This document shows positions 20,801 to 40,400 of a stretch of 64,000 nucleotides of DNA, piece after piece. This stretch comes from Eledone cirrhosa (Eukaryota): NCBI GenBank assembly GCA_964016885.1, contig OZ024745.1:2232001-2296000 (forward strand), read 5' to 3'. Made by a program: the position numbers and the translations under genes. Every line of letters begins with the position of its first letter. Position 1 is the stretch's first letter. The notes under the pieces are model-generated. The model was not told the origin of the DNA and searched no databases. It saw only the letters and a program-made list of their open reading frames with translations.

Positions 20801-23427
20801 ACATACCAACACATACCACCACATACCACCATATACCACCACATACCACTACAGACTTCTACATACCACAATATACCACCACATACGACTACATACCACC
20901 ACATATCACTACATATCACTACATACCACCCACCACATACCACTACATACCACCACATACCACTACATGCCACCACATACCACTACATACCACTAAATAC
21001 CACCCACTACATACCACCCACCACATACCACTACATACCACCAACCATATACCACTACATACCACCACATACCACTAAATACCACTAAATACCACTACAT
21101 ACCACAACATACCACCACTAAATACCACTACATACCACCACATACCACTAATTACCACCACATACCACTAATTACCACCACATGCCACTATATACCACCA
21201 CATAGCACTACATACCACTACATACCACTACATACCACCACATACCACTACATACCACCCACCACATACCACTACATACCACCCACCATACACCACTACA
21301 TACCACCACATACCACTAAATACCACCACATACCACAACATACCACAATATACCACAACATACCACCATTACATACCACTACATACCACTACATACCACT
21401 ACATACCAACACATACCACTACATAACACCACTTACCACTACATACCACTACATACCACCACACACCACCACACACCACCACATAAAACCACATACCACC
21501 ACATACCACCACATACCACTACATACCACCACATACCACCACATACTACTACATACCACTACATACCACCCACCACATACCACTACATGCCACCATATAC
21601 CACTACATACCGCTAAATACCACCCACTACATATCACCCACCACATACCACTACATACCACCCACCATATATCACTACATACCACCACACACCACTAAAT
21701 ACCACTAAATACCACAACATACCACAACATACCACCACATTCTACCACATACCACTACATACCACCACACACCACTACACACCACTAGATACCACCACAT
21801 ACCACCATATACCACCACATACCACAACATACCACAACATACCACTACATACCACCCACCACATACCTCTACATACCACCAACCATATACCACTACATAC
21901 CACCACTACCACTAAATACCACTAAATACCACTACATACCACCACATACCACTACATACCACCACATACCACTACATACCACCATATACCACTTCATACC
22001 ACCACATACCACCACACACCACTACATACCACTACATACCACTACATACCACTACATACCACCACATACCACCACACACCACTACATACCACTACATACC
22101 ACCCACCACATACCACTACATACAACTACATACCACCCACCACATACCACCACATACCACTACATACCACTACATACCGCTACATACCACTACATATCAC
22201 TACATACCACCACATACGACCACATACCACTACATACCATCACATACCACCACACACAAACACATACCACCACATACCACTACATACCCCCCACCATATA
22301 CCAATACATACCACCACATACCACTACATACCACCGCATACCACTACATGCCACCACATGCCACTATATACCACTACATACCATTACATACCACTACATG
22401 CAAATATGTACCACCACATACCACCATATACCACCACATACCACCATATACCACTACATACCACCACATACCACTACATACCAGCACATACCACCACATA
22501 CCACCTTATACCACCACTACATACCACTACATACCACCACATACCACTACATACCACCACATACCAACACATACCACCACATACCACCACTACATACCAC
22601 TACATACCACTACATAACACCAAATACCACCACATACCACTACATAACACTATACACAACTACATACCACCACACACCACCTCATACCACCTCATACCAC
22701 AACATACCACAACATACCACCATATACCACCACATACCAATACATACCACTACATACCACAATATACCACCACATACCAATACATACCACTACATACCAC
22801 AATGTACCACCACATACCACTACATACCACTACATACCACAATATACCACCACATACGACTACATACCACCACATATCACTACATATCACTACATACCAC
22901 CCACCACATACCACTACATACCACCACATACCACCACATACCACTACATACCACCACATACCACTACATGCCACCACATACCATGACATACCACTAAATA
23001 CCACCCACTACATACCACCCACCACATACCACTACATACCAACACATACCACTACATAACACCACATACCACTAAATACCACCCACTACATATCACCCAC
23101 CACATACCTTTACATACCACCCACCATATACCACTACATACCACCACACACCACTAAATACCACAACATACCACAACATACCACAACATACCACCACATT
23201 CCACAACATACCACTACATACCACCACACACCACTACACACCACTACATACCACCACAGACCACTACATACCCCCCACCATATATCAATACATACCACCA
23301 CATACCACTAAATACCACTAAATACCACAACATACCACAACATACCACCATTACATACCACTACATACCACTACATACCACCACATACCACTACATACCA
23401 CCACATACCACTACATACCACCACATG

Positions 23428-26400
23428 CCACTATATACCACCACATTCCACTACATACCACTAAATACCACTACATAAAACTACAGACCACTACATACCA
23501 CCACATGCAACTATATACGACCACATACGACCACATACCACCACATACCACTACATACCACCACCTACCACTAAATACCACTAAATACCACAACATTCCA
23601 CAACATACCACAACATTCCACCACATACCACTACATACCACCACACACCACTACACAACACTACATACAACCACATACCACCATATAACACCACATACCA
23701 CCAAATACCACAAACATACCACAACATACCACTACATACCGCTACAAACCACTACATATCACTACATACCACCACATACGACCACATACCACTACATACC
23801 ACTACATACCACCACATACCACTACATACCATCACATACCACCACACACCAACACATACCACCACATACCACTACATAACTCCCAACATATACCAATGCA
23901 TACCACCACATACCACTAAATACCACTAAATACCACTACATACCACTACATACCACTACATACCACTACATACCACCGCATACCACTACATACCACCACA
24001 TGCCACTATATACCACTACATACCACTACATGCAAATATATACCACCACATACCACCATATACCACCACTACATACCACTACATACCACCACATACCACT
24101 ACATACCACCACATACCACCACATACCACCACATACCACCACTACATACCACTACATACCACTACATAACAACAAATACCACCACATACCACTACATAAC
24201 ACTATACACAACTACATACCACCACACACCACCTCATACCACCTCATACCACAACATACCACAACATACCACCATATACCACCACATACCAATACATACC
24301 ACTACATACCACAATATAACACCACATACCACTACATTCCACTACATACCACAATATACCACCACATACGACTACATACCACCACATATCACTACATATC
24401 ACTACATACCACCCACCACATACCACTACATACCACCACATACCACCACATACCACTACATACCACCACATACCACTACATGCAACCACATACCACAACA
24501 TACCACTAAATACCACCCACTACATTACACCCACCACATACCACTACATACCAACACATACCACTACATAACACCACATACCACTAAATACCACCCACTA
24601 CATATCACCCACTACATACCACCCACCATATACCACTACATACCACCACACACCACTAAATACCACAACATACCACAACATACCACAACATACCACAACA
24701 TACCACCACATTCCACCACATACCACTACATACCACCACACACCACTACACACCACTACATACCACCACAGACCACTACATACCCCCCACCATATACCAA
24801 TACATACCACCACATACCACTAAATACCACTAAATACCACAACATACCACAACATACCACCATTACATACCACTACATACCACTACATACCACCACATAC
24901 CACTACATACCACCACATACCACTACATACCACCACATGCCACTATATACCACCACATTCCACTACATACCACTAAATACCACTACATAAAACCACAGAC
25001 CACTACATACCACCACATGCAACTATATACGACCACATACCACCACATACCACCACCTACCACTAAATACCACTAAATACCACAACATTCCACAACATAC
25101 CACAACATTCCACCACATACCACTACATACCACCACACACCACTACACAACAGTACATACCACCACATACCACCATATAACACCACATACCACTACATAC
25201 CGCTACATACCACTACATATCACTACATACCACCACATACGACCACATACCACTACATACCACGACATACCACCACATACCACTACATACCATCACATAC
25301 CACCACACACCAACACATACCACCACATACCACCCACCATATAACAATACATACCACCACATACCACTAAATACCACTAAATACCACTACATACCACTAC
25401 ATACCACTACGTACCACTACATACCACCGCATACCACTACATACCACCACATGCCACTATATACCACCACATACCACCATATACCACCACATACCACCAT
25501 ATACCACTAAATACCACCACATACCACTACATACCACCACATACCACCACATACCACCATATACCACCACTACATACCACTACATACCACCACATACCAC
25601 TACATACCACCACATACCACCACTACATACCACTACATACCACTACATAACACCAAATACCACCACATACCACTACATAACACTATACACAACTACATAC
25701 CACCACACACCACCTCATACCACCTCATACCACAACATACCACAACATACCACCATATACCACCACATACCAATACATACCACTACATACCACAATATAC
25801 CACCACATACCACTACATACCACTACATACCACAATATACCACCACATACGACTACATACCACCACATATCACTACATATCACTACATACCACCCACCAC
25901 ATACCACTACATACCACCACATACCACCACATATCACTACATACCACCACATACCACCACATACCACTACATACCACCACATACCACTACATGCCACGAC
26001 ATACCACTACATACCACTAAATACCACCCACTACATACCACCCACCACATACCACTACATACGAACACATACCACTACATAACACCACATACCACTAAAT
26101 ACCACCCACTACATATCACCCACCACATACCACTACATACCATCCACCATATACCACTACATACCACCACACACCACTAAATACCACAACATACCACAAC
26201 ATACCACCACATTCCACCATATACCACTACATACCACCACACACCACTACACACCACTACATACCACCGCAGACCACTACATACCCCCCACCATATACCA
26301 ATACATACCACCACATACCACTAAATACCACTAAATACCACAACATACCACTACATACCACCACATACCACTACATACCACCACATACCACTACATACCA

Positions 26401-29400
26401 CCACATGCCACTATATACCACCACATTCCACTACATACCACTAAATACCACTACATAAAACCACAGACCACTACATACCACCACATGCAACTATATACGA
26501 CCACATACCACCACATACCACTACATACCACCACCTACCACTAAATACCACTAAATACCACAACATACCACAACATACCACAACATTCCACCACATACCA
26601 CTACATACCACCACACACCACTACACAACACTACATACCACCACATTCCACCATATAACACCACATACCACCAAATACCACAAACATACCACAACATACC
26701 ACTACATACAACCCACCACATACCTCTACGTACCACCACATAACTCTACGTACCACCACATACCACTACATACCACTAAATACCACCACATACCACCACA
26801 TACCACCACATACCACTACATACCACTACATACCACCACATACCACTACATACCACCACATACCACCACATACCACCACATACCACCACATACCACCACA
26901 TACCACTACACACCACTACATACCACCACATACCACTACATACCACCCACCACATACCACTACATACCACTACATACCGCTACATACCACTACATACCAC
27001 TACATACCACCGCATGCCACCATATACCACCACATACCACTACATACCACCACATACCATCACATACCCCTACATACCACCATATATCACCACATACCAC
27101 CACATACCACTACATACCACTACATACCACCACATTCCACTACATACCATCACATACCACCACACACCAACACATACCACCACATACCACTACATACCCC
27201 CCACCATATACCAATACATACCACCACATACCACTAAATACCACTAAATACCACTACATACCACTACATACCACTACATACCACTACATACCACGGCATA
27301 CCACTACATACCACCACATGCCACTATATACCACTACATACCACTACATGCAAATATATACCATCACATACCACCATATACCACCACATACCACCATATA
27401 CCACTACATACCACCACATACCACTACATACCACCACATACCACCACATACCACCATATACCACCACTACATACCACTACATACCACCACATACCACTAC
27501 ATACCACCACATACCACCACATACCACCACATACCACCACTACATACCACTACATACCACTACATACCACTACATAACACCAAATACCACCACATACCAC
27601 TACATAACACTATACACAACTACATACCACCACACACCACCTCATACCACCTCATACCACAACATACCACAACATACCACCATATACCACCACATACCAA
27701 TACATACCACTACATACCACCACATACCACTACATACCACTACATACCACAATATACCACCACATACGACTACATACCACCACATATCACTACATATCAC
27801 TACATACCACCCACCACATACCACTACATACCACCACATACCACCACATACCACTACATACCACCACATACCACTACATGCCACCACATACAACTACATA
27901 CCTCTAAATACCACCCACTACATACCACTAAATACCACCCACTACATACCACCCACCACATACCACTACATATCAACACATACCACTACATAACACCACA
28001 TACCACTAAATACCACCCACTACATATCACCCACCACATACCACTACATACCACCCACCATATACCACTACATACCACTACACACCACTAAATACCACAA
28101 CATACCACAACATACCACAACATACCACCACATTCCACCACATACCACTACATACCACCACACACCACTACACACCACTACATACCACCACAGACCACTA
28201 CATACCCCCCACCATATACCAATACATACCACCACATACCACTAAATACCACTAAATACCACAACATACCACAACATACCACCATTACATACCACTACAT
28301 ACCACTACATACCACCACATACCACTACATACCACCACATACCACTACATACCACCACATGCCACTATATACCACCACATTCCACTACATACCACTAAAT
28401 ACCACTACATAAAACCACAGACCACTACATACCACCACATGCAACTATATACGACCACATACCACCACATACCACCACATACCACTACATACCACCACCT
28501 ACCACTAAATACCACTAAATACCACAACATACCACAACATACTACAACATTCCACCACATACCACTACATACCACCACACACCACTACACAACACTACAT
28601 ACCACCACATACCACCATATAACACCACATACCACCAAATACCACAAACATACCACAACATACCACTACATACAACCCACCACATACCTCTACGTACCAC
28701 CACATACCTCTACGTACCACCACATACCACTACATACCACTAAATACCACCACATACCACCACATACCACCACATACCACTACATACCACTACATACCAC
28801 TACATACCACTACATACCACCACATACCACTACATACCACCACATACCACCACATACCACCACATACCACCACATACCACCACATACCACTACATACCAC
28901 CACATAACCACTACATACCACCACATACCACTACATACCACCACATACCACTATATACCACCACATTCCACTACATACCACTAAATACCACTACATAAAA
29001 CTACAGACCACTACATACCACCACATGCAACTATATACGACCACATACGACCACATACCACCACATACCACTACATACCACCACCTACCACTAAATACCA
29101 CTAAATACCACAACATTCCACAACATACCACAACATTCCACCACATACCACTACATACCACCACACACCACTACACAACACTACATACAACCACATACCA
29201 CCATATAACACCACATACCACCAAATACCACAAACATACCACAACATACCACTACATACCGCTACAAACCACTACATATCACTACATACCACCACATACG
29301 ACCACATACCACTACATACCACTACATACCACCACATACCACTACATACCATCACATACCACCACACACCAACACATACCACCACATACCACTACATAAC

Positions 29401-32400
29401 TCCCAACATATACCAATGCATACCACCACATACCACTAAATACCACTAAATACCACTACATACCACTACATACCACTACATACCACTACATACCACCGCA
29501 TACCACTACATACCACCACATGCCACTATATACCACTACATACCACTACATGCAAATATATACCACCACATACCACCATATACCACCACTACATACCACT
29601 ACATACCACCACATACCACTACATACCACCACATACCACCACATACCACCACATACCACCACTACATACCACTACATACCACTACATAACAACAAATACC
29701 ACCACATACCACTACATAACACTATACACAACTACATACCACCACACACCACCTCATACCACCTCATACCACAACATACCACAACATACCACCATATACC
29801 ACCACATACCAATACATACCACTACATACCACAATATAACACCACATACCACTACATTCCACTACATACCACAATATACCACCACATACGACTACATACC
29901 ACCACATATCACTACATATCACTACATACCACCCACCACATACCACTACATACCACCACATACCACCACATACCACTACATACCACCACATACCACTACA
30001 TGCAACCACATACCACAACATACCACTAAATACCACCCACTACATTACACCCACCACATACCACTACATACCAACACATACCACTACATAACACCACATA
30101 CCACTAAATACCACCCACTACATATCACCCACTACATACCACCCACCATATACCACTACATACCACCACACACCACTAAATACCACAACATACCACAACA
30201 TACCACAACATACCACAACATACCACCACATTCCACCACATACCACTACATACCACCACACACCACTACACACCACTACATACCACCACAGACCACTACA
30301 TACCCCCCACCATATACCAATACATACCACCACATACCACTAAATACCACTAAATACCACAACATACCACAACATACCACCATTACATACCACTACATAC
30401 CACTACATACCACCACATACCACTACATACCACCACATACCACTACATACCACCACATGCCACTATATACCACCACATTCCACTACATACCACTAAATAC
30501 CACTACATAAAACCACAGACCACTACATACCACCACATGCAACTATATACGACCACATACCACCACATACCACCACCTACCACTAAATACCACTAAATAC
30601 CACAACATTCCACAACATACCACAACATTCCACCACATACCACTACATACCACCACACACCACTACACAACAGTACATACCACCACATACCACCATATAA
30701 CACCACATACCACTACATACCGCTACATACCACTACATATCACTACATACCACCACATACGACCACATACCACTACATACCACGACATACCACCACATAC
30801 CACTACATACCATCACATACCACCACACACCAACACATACCACCACATACCACCCACCATATAACAATACATACCACCACATACCACTAAATACCACTAA
30901 ATACCACTACATACCACTACATACCACTACGTACCACTACATACCACCGCATACCACTACATACCACCACATGCCACTATATACCACCACATACCACCAT
31001 ATACCACCACATACCACCATATACCACTAAATACCACCACATACCACTACATACCACCACATACCACCACATACCACCATATACCACCACTACATACCAC
31101 TACATACCACCACATACCACTACATACCACCACATACCACCACTACATACCACTACATACCACTACATAACACCAAATACCACCACATACCACTACATAA
31201 CACTATACACAACTACATACCACCACACACCACCTCATACCACCTCATACCACAACATACCACAACATACCACCATATACCACCACATACCAATACATAC
31301 CACTACATACCACAATATACCACCACATACCACTACATACCACTACATACCACAATATACCACCACATACGACTACATACCACCACATATCACTACATAT
31401 CACTACATACCACCCACCACATACCACTACATACCACCACATACCACCACATATCACTACATACCACCACATACCACCACATACCACTACATACCACCAC
31501 ATACCACTACATGCCACGACATACCACTACATACCACTAAATACCACCCACTACATACCACCCACCACATACCACTACATACGAACACATACCACTACAT
31601 AACACCACATACCACTAAATACCACCCACTACATATCACCCACCACATACCACTACATACCATCCACCATATACCACTACATACCACCACACACCACTAA
31701 ATACCACAACATACCACAACATACCACCACATTCCACCATATACCACTACATACCACCACACACCACTACACACCACTACATACCACCGCAGACCACTAC
31801 ATACCCCCCACCATATACCAATACATACCACCACATACCACTAAATACCACTAAATACCACAACATACCACTACATACCACCACATACCACTACATACCA
31901 CCACATACCACTACATACCACCACATGCCACTATATACCACCACATTCCACTACATACCACTAAATACCACTACATAAAACCACAGACCACTACATACCA
32001 CCACATGCAACTATATACGACCACATACCACCACATACCACTACATACCACCACCTACCACTAAATACCACTAAATACCACAACATACCACAACATACCA
32101 CAACATTCCACCACATACCACTACATACCACCACACACCACTACACAACACTACATACCACCACATTCCACCATATAACACCACATACCACCAAATACCA
32201 CAAACATACCACAACATACCACTACATACAACCCACCACATACCTCTACGTACCACCACATAACTCTACGTACCACCACATACCACTACATACCACTAAA
32301 TACCACCACATACCACCACATACCACCACATACCACTACATACCACTACATACCACCACATACCACTACATACCACCACATACCACCACATACCACCACA

Positions 32401-34471
32401 TACCACCACATACCACCACATACCACTACACACCACTACATACCACCACATACCACTACATACCACCCACCACATACCACTACATACCACTACATACCGC
32501 TACATACCACTACATACCACTACATACCACCGCATGCCACCATATACCACCACATACCACTACATACCACCACATACCATCACATACCCCTACATACCAC
32601 CATATATCACCACATACCACCACATACCACTACATACCACTACATACCACCACATTCCACTACATACCATCACATACCACCACACACCAACACATACCAC
32701 CACATACCACTACATACCCCCCACCATATACCAATACATACCACCACATACCACTAAATACCACTAAATACCACTACATACCACTACATACCACTACATA
32801 CCACTACATACCACGGCATACCACTACATACCACCACATGCCACTATATACCACTACATACCACTACATGCAAATATATACCATCACATACCACCATATA
32901 CCACCACATACCACCATATACCACTACATACCACCACATACCACTACATACCACCACATACCACCACATACCACCATATACCACCACTACATACCACTAC
33001 ATACCACCACATACCACTACATACCACCACATACCACCACATACCACCACATACCACCACTACATACCACTACATACCACTACATACCACTACATAACAC
33101 CAAATACCACCACATACCACTACATAACACTATACACAACTACATACCACCACACACCACCTCATACCACCTCATACCACAACATACCACAACATACCAC
33201 CATATACCACCACATACCAATACATACCACTACATACCACCACATACCACTACATACCACTACATACCACAATATACCACCACATACGACTACATACCAC
33301 CACATATCACTACATATCACTACATACCACCCACCACATACCACTACATACCACCACATACCACCACATACCACTACATACCACCACATACCACTACATG
33401 CCACCACATACAACTACATACCTCTAAATACCACCCACTACATACCACTAAATACCACCCACTACATACCACCCACCACATACCACTACATATCAACACA
33501 TACCACTACATAACACCACATACCACTAAATACCACCCACTACATATCACCCACCACATACCACTACATACCACCCACCATATACCACTACATACCACTA
33601 CACACCACTAAATACCACAACATACCACAACATACCACAACATACCACCACATTCCACCACATACCACTACATACCACCACACACCACTACACACCACTA
33701 CATACCACCACAGACCACTACATACCCCCCACCATATACCAATACATACCACCACATACCACTAAATACCACTAAATACCACAACATACCACAACATACC
33801 ACCATTACATACCACTACATACCACTACATACCACCACATACCACTACATACCACCACATACCACTACATACCACCACATGCCACTATATACCACCACAT
33901 TCCACTACATACCACTAAATACCACTACATAAAACCACAGACCACTACATACCACCACATGCAACTATATACGACCACATACCACCACATACCACCACAT
34001 ACCACTACATACCACCACCTACCACTAAATACCACTAAATACCACAACATACCACAACATACTACAACATTCCACCACATACCACTACATACCACCACAC
34101 ACCACTACACAACACTACATACCACCACATACCACCATATAACACCACATACCACCAAATACCACAAACATACCACAACATACCACTACATACAACCCAC
34201 CACATACCTCTACGTACCACCACATACCTCTACGTACCACCACATACCACTACATACCACTAAATACCACCACATACCACCACATACCACCACATACCAC
34301 TACATACCACTACATACCACTACATACCACTACATACCACCACATACCACTACATACCACCACATACCACCACATACCACCACATACCACCACATACCAC
34401 CACATACCACTACATACCACCACATAACCACTACATACCACCACATACCACTACATACCACCACATACCAC
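23428..34471. repeat. 5520-bp tandem higher-order duplication inside the satellite (~23428-28947 and ~28948-34471)
   Basis: Eleven ORF pairs sit at exactly +5520 (e.g. 23505/29025, 24000/29520, 27318/32838, 28439/33959). The lines I compared by eye (e.g. 23461 vs 28981, 28861 vs 34381) are identical. Confidence 0.95.
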
Positions 34472-37400
34472 CACACACCACTACATAACACTACATACCA
34501 CCACATACCACTACATACCACCCACCACATACCACTACATACCACTACATACCGCTACATACCGCTACATACCACTACATACCACTACATACCACCGCAT
34601 GCCACCATATACCACCACATACCACCACATACCACTACATACCACCACATACCATCACATACCCCTACATACCACCATATATCACCACATACCACCACAT
34701 ACCACAACATACCACTACATACCACTACATACCACCCACCACATACCACCACATACCACCATATACCACCACATACCACAACATACCACAACATACCACC
34801 ACATTCCACCACATACCACTACATACCATTACATACCACCACACACCAATACATACCACTACATACCACCATATACCACCACATACCACAACATACCACT
34901 ACATACCACCAAATACCACTATATACTCCCCACCATATACCAATACATACCACCACATACCAATAAATACCACAACATACCACAACATACCACCACTACA
35001 TACCACTACATACCACCACATACCACTACATACCACCACATACCACTACATACCACCACATGCCACTATATACCACCATATTCCACTACATACCACCACT
35101 ACATACCACTAAATACCACTACATACCACCCACCACATACCACTACATACCACTACATACCACTACATACCGCTACATACCACTACATACCACTACATAC
35201 CACCGCATGCCACCATATACCACCAAATACCACCACATACCACTACATACCACCACATACCAACACATACCCCTACATACCACCATATATCACCACATAT
35301 CACCACATACCACAACATACCACTACATACCACTACATACCACCCACCACATACCACCACATACCACAACATACCACAACATACCACCACATTCCACCAC
35401 ATACCACTACATACCATTACATACCACCACACACCACTACATACCACTACATACCACCATATACCACCACATACCACAACATACCACTACATACCACTAC
35501 ATACCACCACATACCACTACATACTCCCCACCATATACCAATACATACCACCACATACCAATAAATACCACCATTACATACCACTACATACCACCACATA
35601 CCACTACATACCACCACATACCACTACATACCACCACATGCCACTATATACCACCATATTCCACTACATACCACCACTACATACCACTAAATACCACTAC
35701 ATACCACCACAGACAATTACATACCACCACTACATACCACTAAATACCACTACATACCACCACATACCACCACATACCACTACATACCACTACATACCAC
35801 CACATACCACTACATACCACCACATACCACCACATACCACCACATACCACCACATACCACCACATACCACTACATACCACCACATACCACCATATACCAC
35901 CACTACATACCAATACATACCACCACATACCACTACATACCAATACATACCACCACATACCACTACATACCAATACATACCACCACATACCACTACATAC
36001 CACCACATACCACCACATACCATCACATACCACCACATACCACAACTACATACCACTACATAACACTACATAACACCAAATACCACCACATACCACTACA
36101 TAACACTATATACAACTACATACCACCACACACCACCTCATACCACCTCATACCACTACATACCACTACATACCACCACATACCACCACATACCACCATA
36201 TACCACAACATACCACAACATACCACAACATACCACTACATACCACTACATACCACCACATATCACTACATACAACCACATACCACCACATACCACCACA
36301 TACCACAGTATACCACCGCATACCACTACATACCACCACATACCACCGCATACCACTAAATACCACCACATACCACTACATACCATTACATACCACCACA
36401 TACCACTACATACCACCACATACCACTACATACCACCCACCACATACCACTACATAGCACCACATACCACTACATGCCACCACATACCACTACATGCCAC
36501 CACATACCACTACATACCACTACATGCCACCACATACCACTACATACCACTAAATACCACACACTACATACCACTAAATACCACACACTACATACCACTA
36601 CATACCACTAAATACCACCCACTACATACCACTAAATACCACCCACTACATATCACCCACCACATACCACTACATACCACCCACCATATACCACTACATA
36701 CCACCACACACCACTAAATACCACAACATACCACAACATGCCACCACATTCCACCACATACCACTACATACCACCACAGACCACTACATACCCCCCACCA
36801 TATACCAATACATACCACCACATACCACTAAATACCACTAAATACCACAACATACCACAACATACCACCATTACATACCACTACATACCACTACATACAA
36901 CCACAGACCACTACATACCACCACATACCACTACATACCAACACATGCCACTATATACCACCACATTCCACTACATACCACTAAATACCACTACATACAA
37001 CCACAGACCACTACATACCACCACATGCAACTATATACCACCACATACCACAACATACCACCACATACCACTACATACCACTACATACCACCACATACCA
37101 CTAAATACCACTAAATACCACAACATACCACAACATACCACAACATACCACAACATACCACTACATTCCCCCACATACCACTACATACCACCACACACCA
37201 CTACACAACACTACATACCACCACATACCACCATATACCACCACATACCACCAAATACCACAAACATACCACAACATACCACTACATACAACCCACCACA
37301 TACCTCTACGTACCACCACATACCTCTACGTAGCACCACATACCACTACATACCACTAAATACCACCACATACCACAACATACCACCACATTTCACCACA

Positions 37401-40400
37401 TACCACCACATACCACCACACACCACTACATACCACTACATACCACCACACACCACTACATACCACTACATACCACCATATACCACCACATACAACAACA
37501 TACCACCACATACCACCACATGCCACTATATACCACCACATACCACCACATACCACCACATACCACCACATACCACTACATATCACTACATACCACCACA
37601 TACCAATACATACCACTACATACCGCTACATACCACTACATACCACCGGATGCCACCATATACCACCACATACCACCACATACCACTACATACCACCACA
37701 TACCATCACATACCCCTACATACCACCATATATCACCACATACCACCATATACCACAACATACCACTACATACCACTACATACCACCCACCACATACCAC
37801 CACATACCACCATATACCACCACACACCACAACATACCTCAACATACCACCACATTCCACCACATACCACTACATACCATTACATACCACCACACACCAC
37901 TACATAACACTACATACCACCATATACCACCACATACCTCCACCTACCACTACATACTCCCCACCATATACCAATACATACCACCACATACCACAACATA
38001 CCACCATTACATACCACTACATACCACTACATGCCACCACATACCACTACATACCACCACATACCACTACATACCACCACATGCCAATATATACCACTAC
38101 ATACCACCACAGACAACTACATACCACCACTACATACCACTAAATACCACTACATACCACTACATACCACCACATACCACTACATACCACCACATACCAC
38201 CACATAACACCATATACCACCACTACATACCAATACATACCACTACATACCACTACATACCAATATATACCACCAAATACCACTATATATCACCACATAC
38301 AACCACATACCACCACATACCAACAAACCACCACATACCACCACATACCACAACTACATACCACTACATAACACTACATAACACCAAATACCATCACATA
38401 CCCCTACATACCACCATATATCACCACATACCACCATATACCACAACATACCACTACATACCACTACATACCACCCACCACATACCACCACATACCACCA
38501 TATACCACCACACACCACAACATACCTCAACATACCACCACATTCCACCACATACCACTACATACCATTACATACCACCACACACCACTACATAACACTA
38601 CATACCACCATATACCACCACATACCTCCACCTACCACTACATACTCCCCACCATATACCAATACATACCACCACATACCACAACATACCACCATTACAT
38701 ACCACTACATACCAATACATACCACCACATACCACAACATACCACCATTACATACCACTACATACCACTACATGCCACCACATACCACTACATACCACCA
38801 CAGACAACTACATACCACCACTACATACCACTAAATACCACTACATACCACTACATACCACCACATACCACTACATACCACCACATACCACCACATAACA
38901 CCATATACCACCACTACATACCAATACATACCACTACATACCACTACATACCAATATATACCACCAAATACCACTATATATCACCACATACAACCACATA
39001 CCACCACATACCAACAAACCACCACATACCACCACATACCACAACTACATACCACTACATAACACTACATAACACCAAATACCACCACATACCACTACAT
39101 AACACTATATATAACTACATACCACCACACACCACCTCATACCACCTCATACCACTACATACCACTACATACCACCACATACCACCATATACCACCACAT
39201 ACCACAACATACCACAACATACCACAACATACCACAACATACCACAACATACCACTACATACCACCACATACCACTACATACAACCACATACCACCACAT
39301 ACCACCACATACCACAATATACCACCGCATACCACTACATACCACCACATACCACTACATACCATTACATACCACCACATACCACTACATACCACCACAT
39401 ACCACTACATACCACCCACCACATACCACTACATAGCACCACATACCACTACATGCCACCACATACCACTACATACCAACACATACCACTACATGCCACC
39501 ACATTCCACTACATACCACTAAATACCACCCACTACATACCACTAAATACCACCCACTACATACCACCCACCACTTACCACTACATACCACCAACCATAT
39601 ACCACTACATACCACCACATACCACTAAATACCACTAAATACCACAACATACCACAACATACCACCACTAAATACCACTACATACCACCACATACCACTA
39701 CATACCACCACATGCCACTATATACCACCACATACCACCACATACCACCACATACCACCACACACCACTACATACCACTACATACGACCACATACCACCA
39801 CATGCAACCATATACCACCACATACCACCACGTACCACCACATACTACTACATACCACCACATACCACCACATACCACCATATACCACCACATACCACCA
39901 CATACCGCCACATACCACTAGATACCACCACATACCACCACATACCACAACATACCACAACATACCACCACATTCCACCACATACCACTACATACCACTA
40001 AATACCACCACATACCACTACATACCACTACATACCACCACATACCACTACATACCACCACATACCACTACGTACCACCACATACCACTACATACCACCA
40101 CATACCACTACATACCACTACATACCACTACATACCACCACATACCACTACATACCACCACATACCACTACATACCACTACATACCACCACATACCACCA
40201 CATACCACTACATACCACCACATACTACTACATACCACTACATACCACCACATACCACTACATACCACCACATACCACTACATGCCACCACATATCACTA
40301 CATACCACCACGTACCACTACATACCACCACATACCACTACATACCACTAAATACCACCCACTACATACCACCCACCACATACTACCACCCACTACATAC

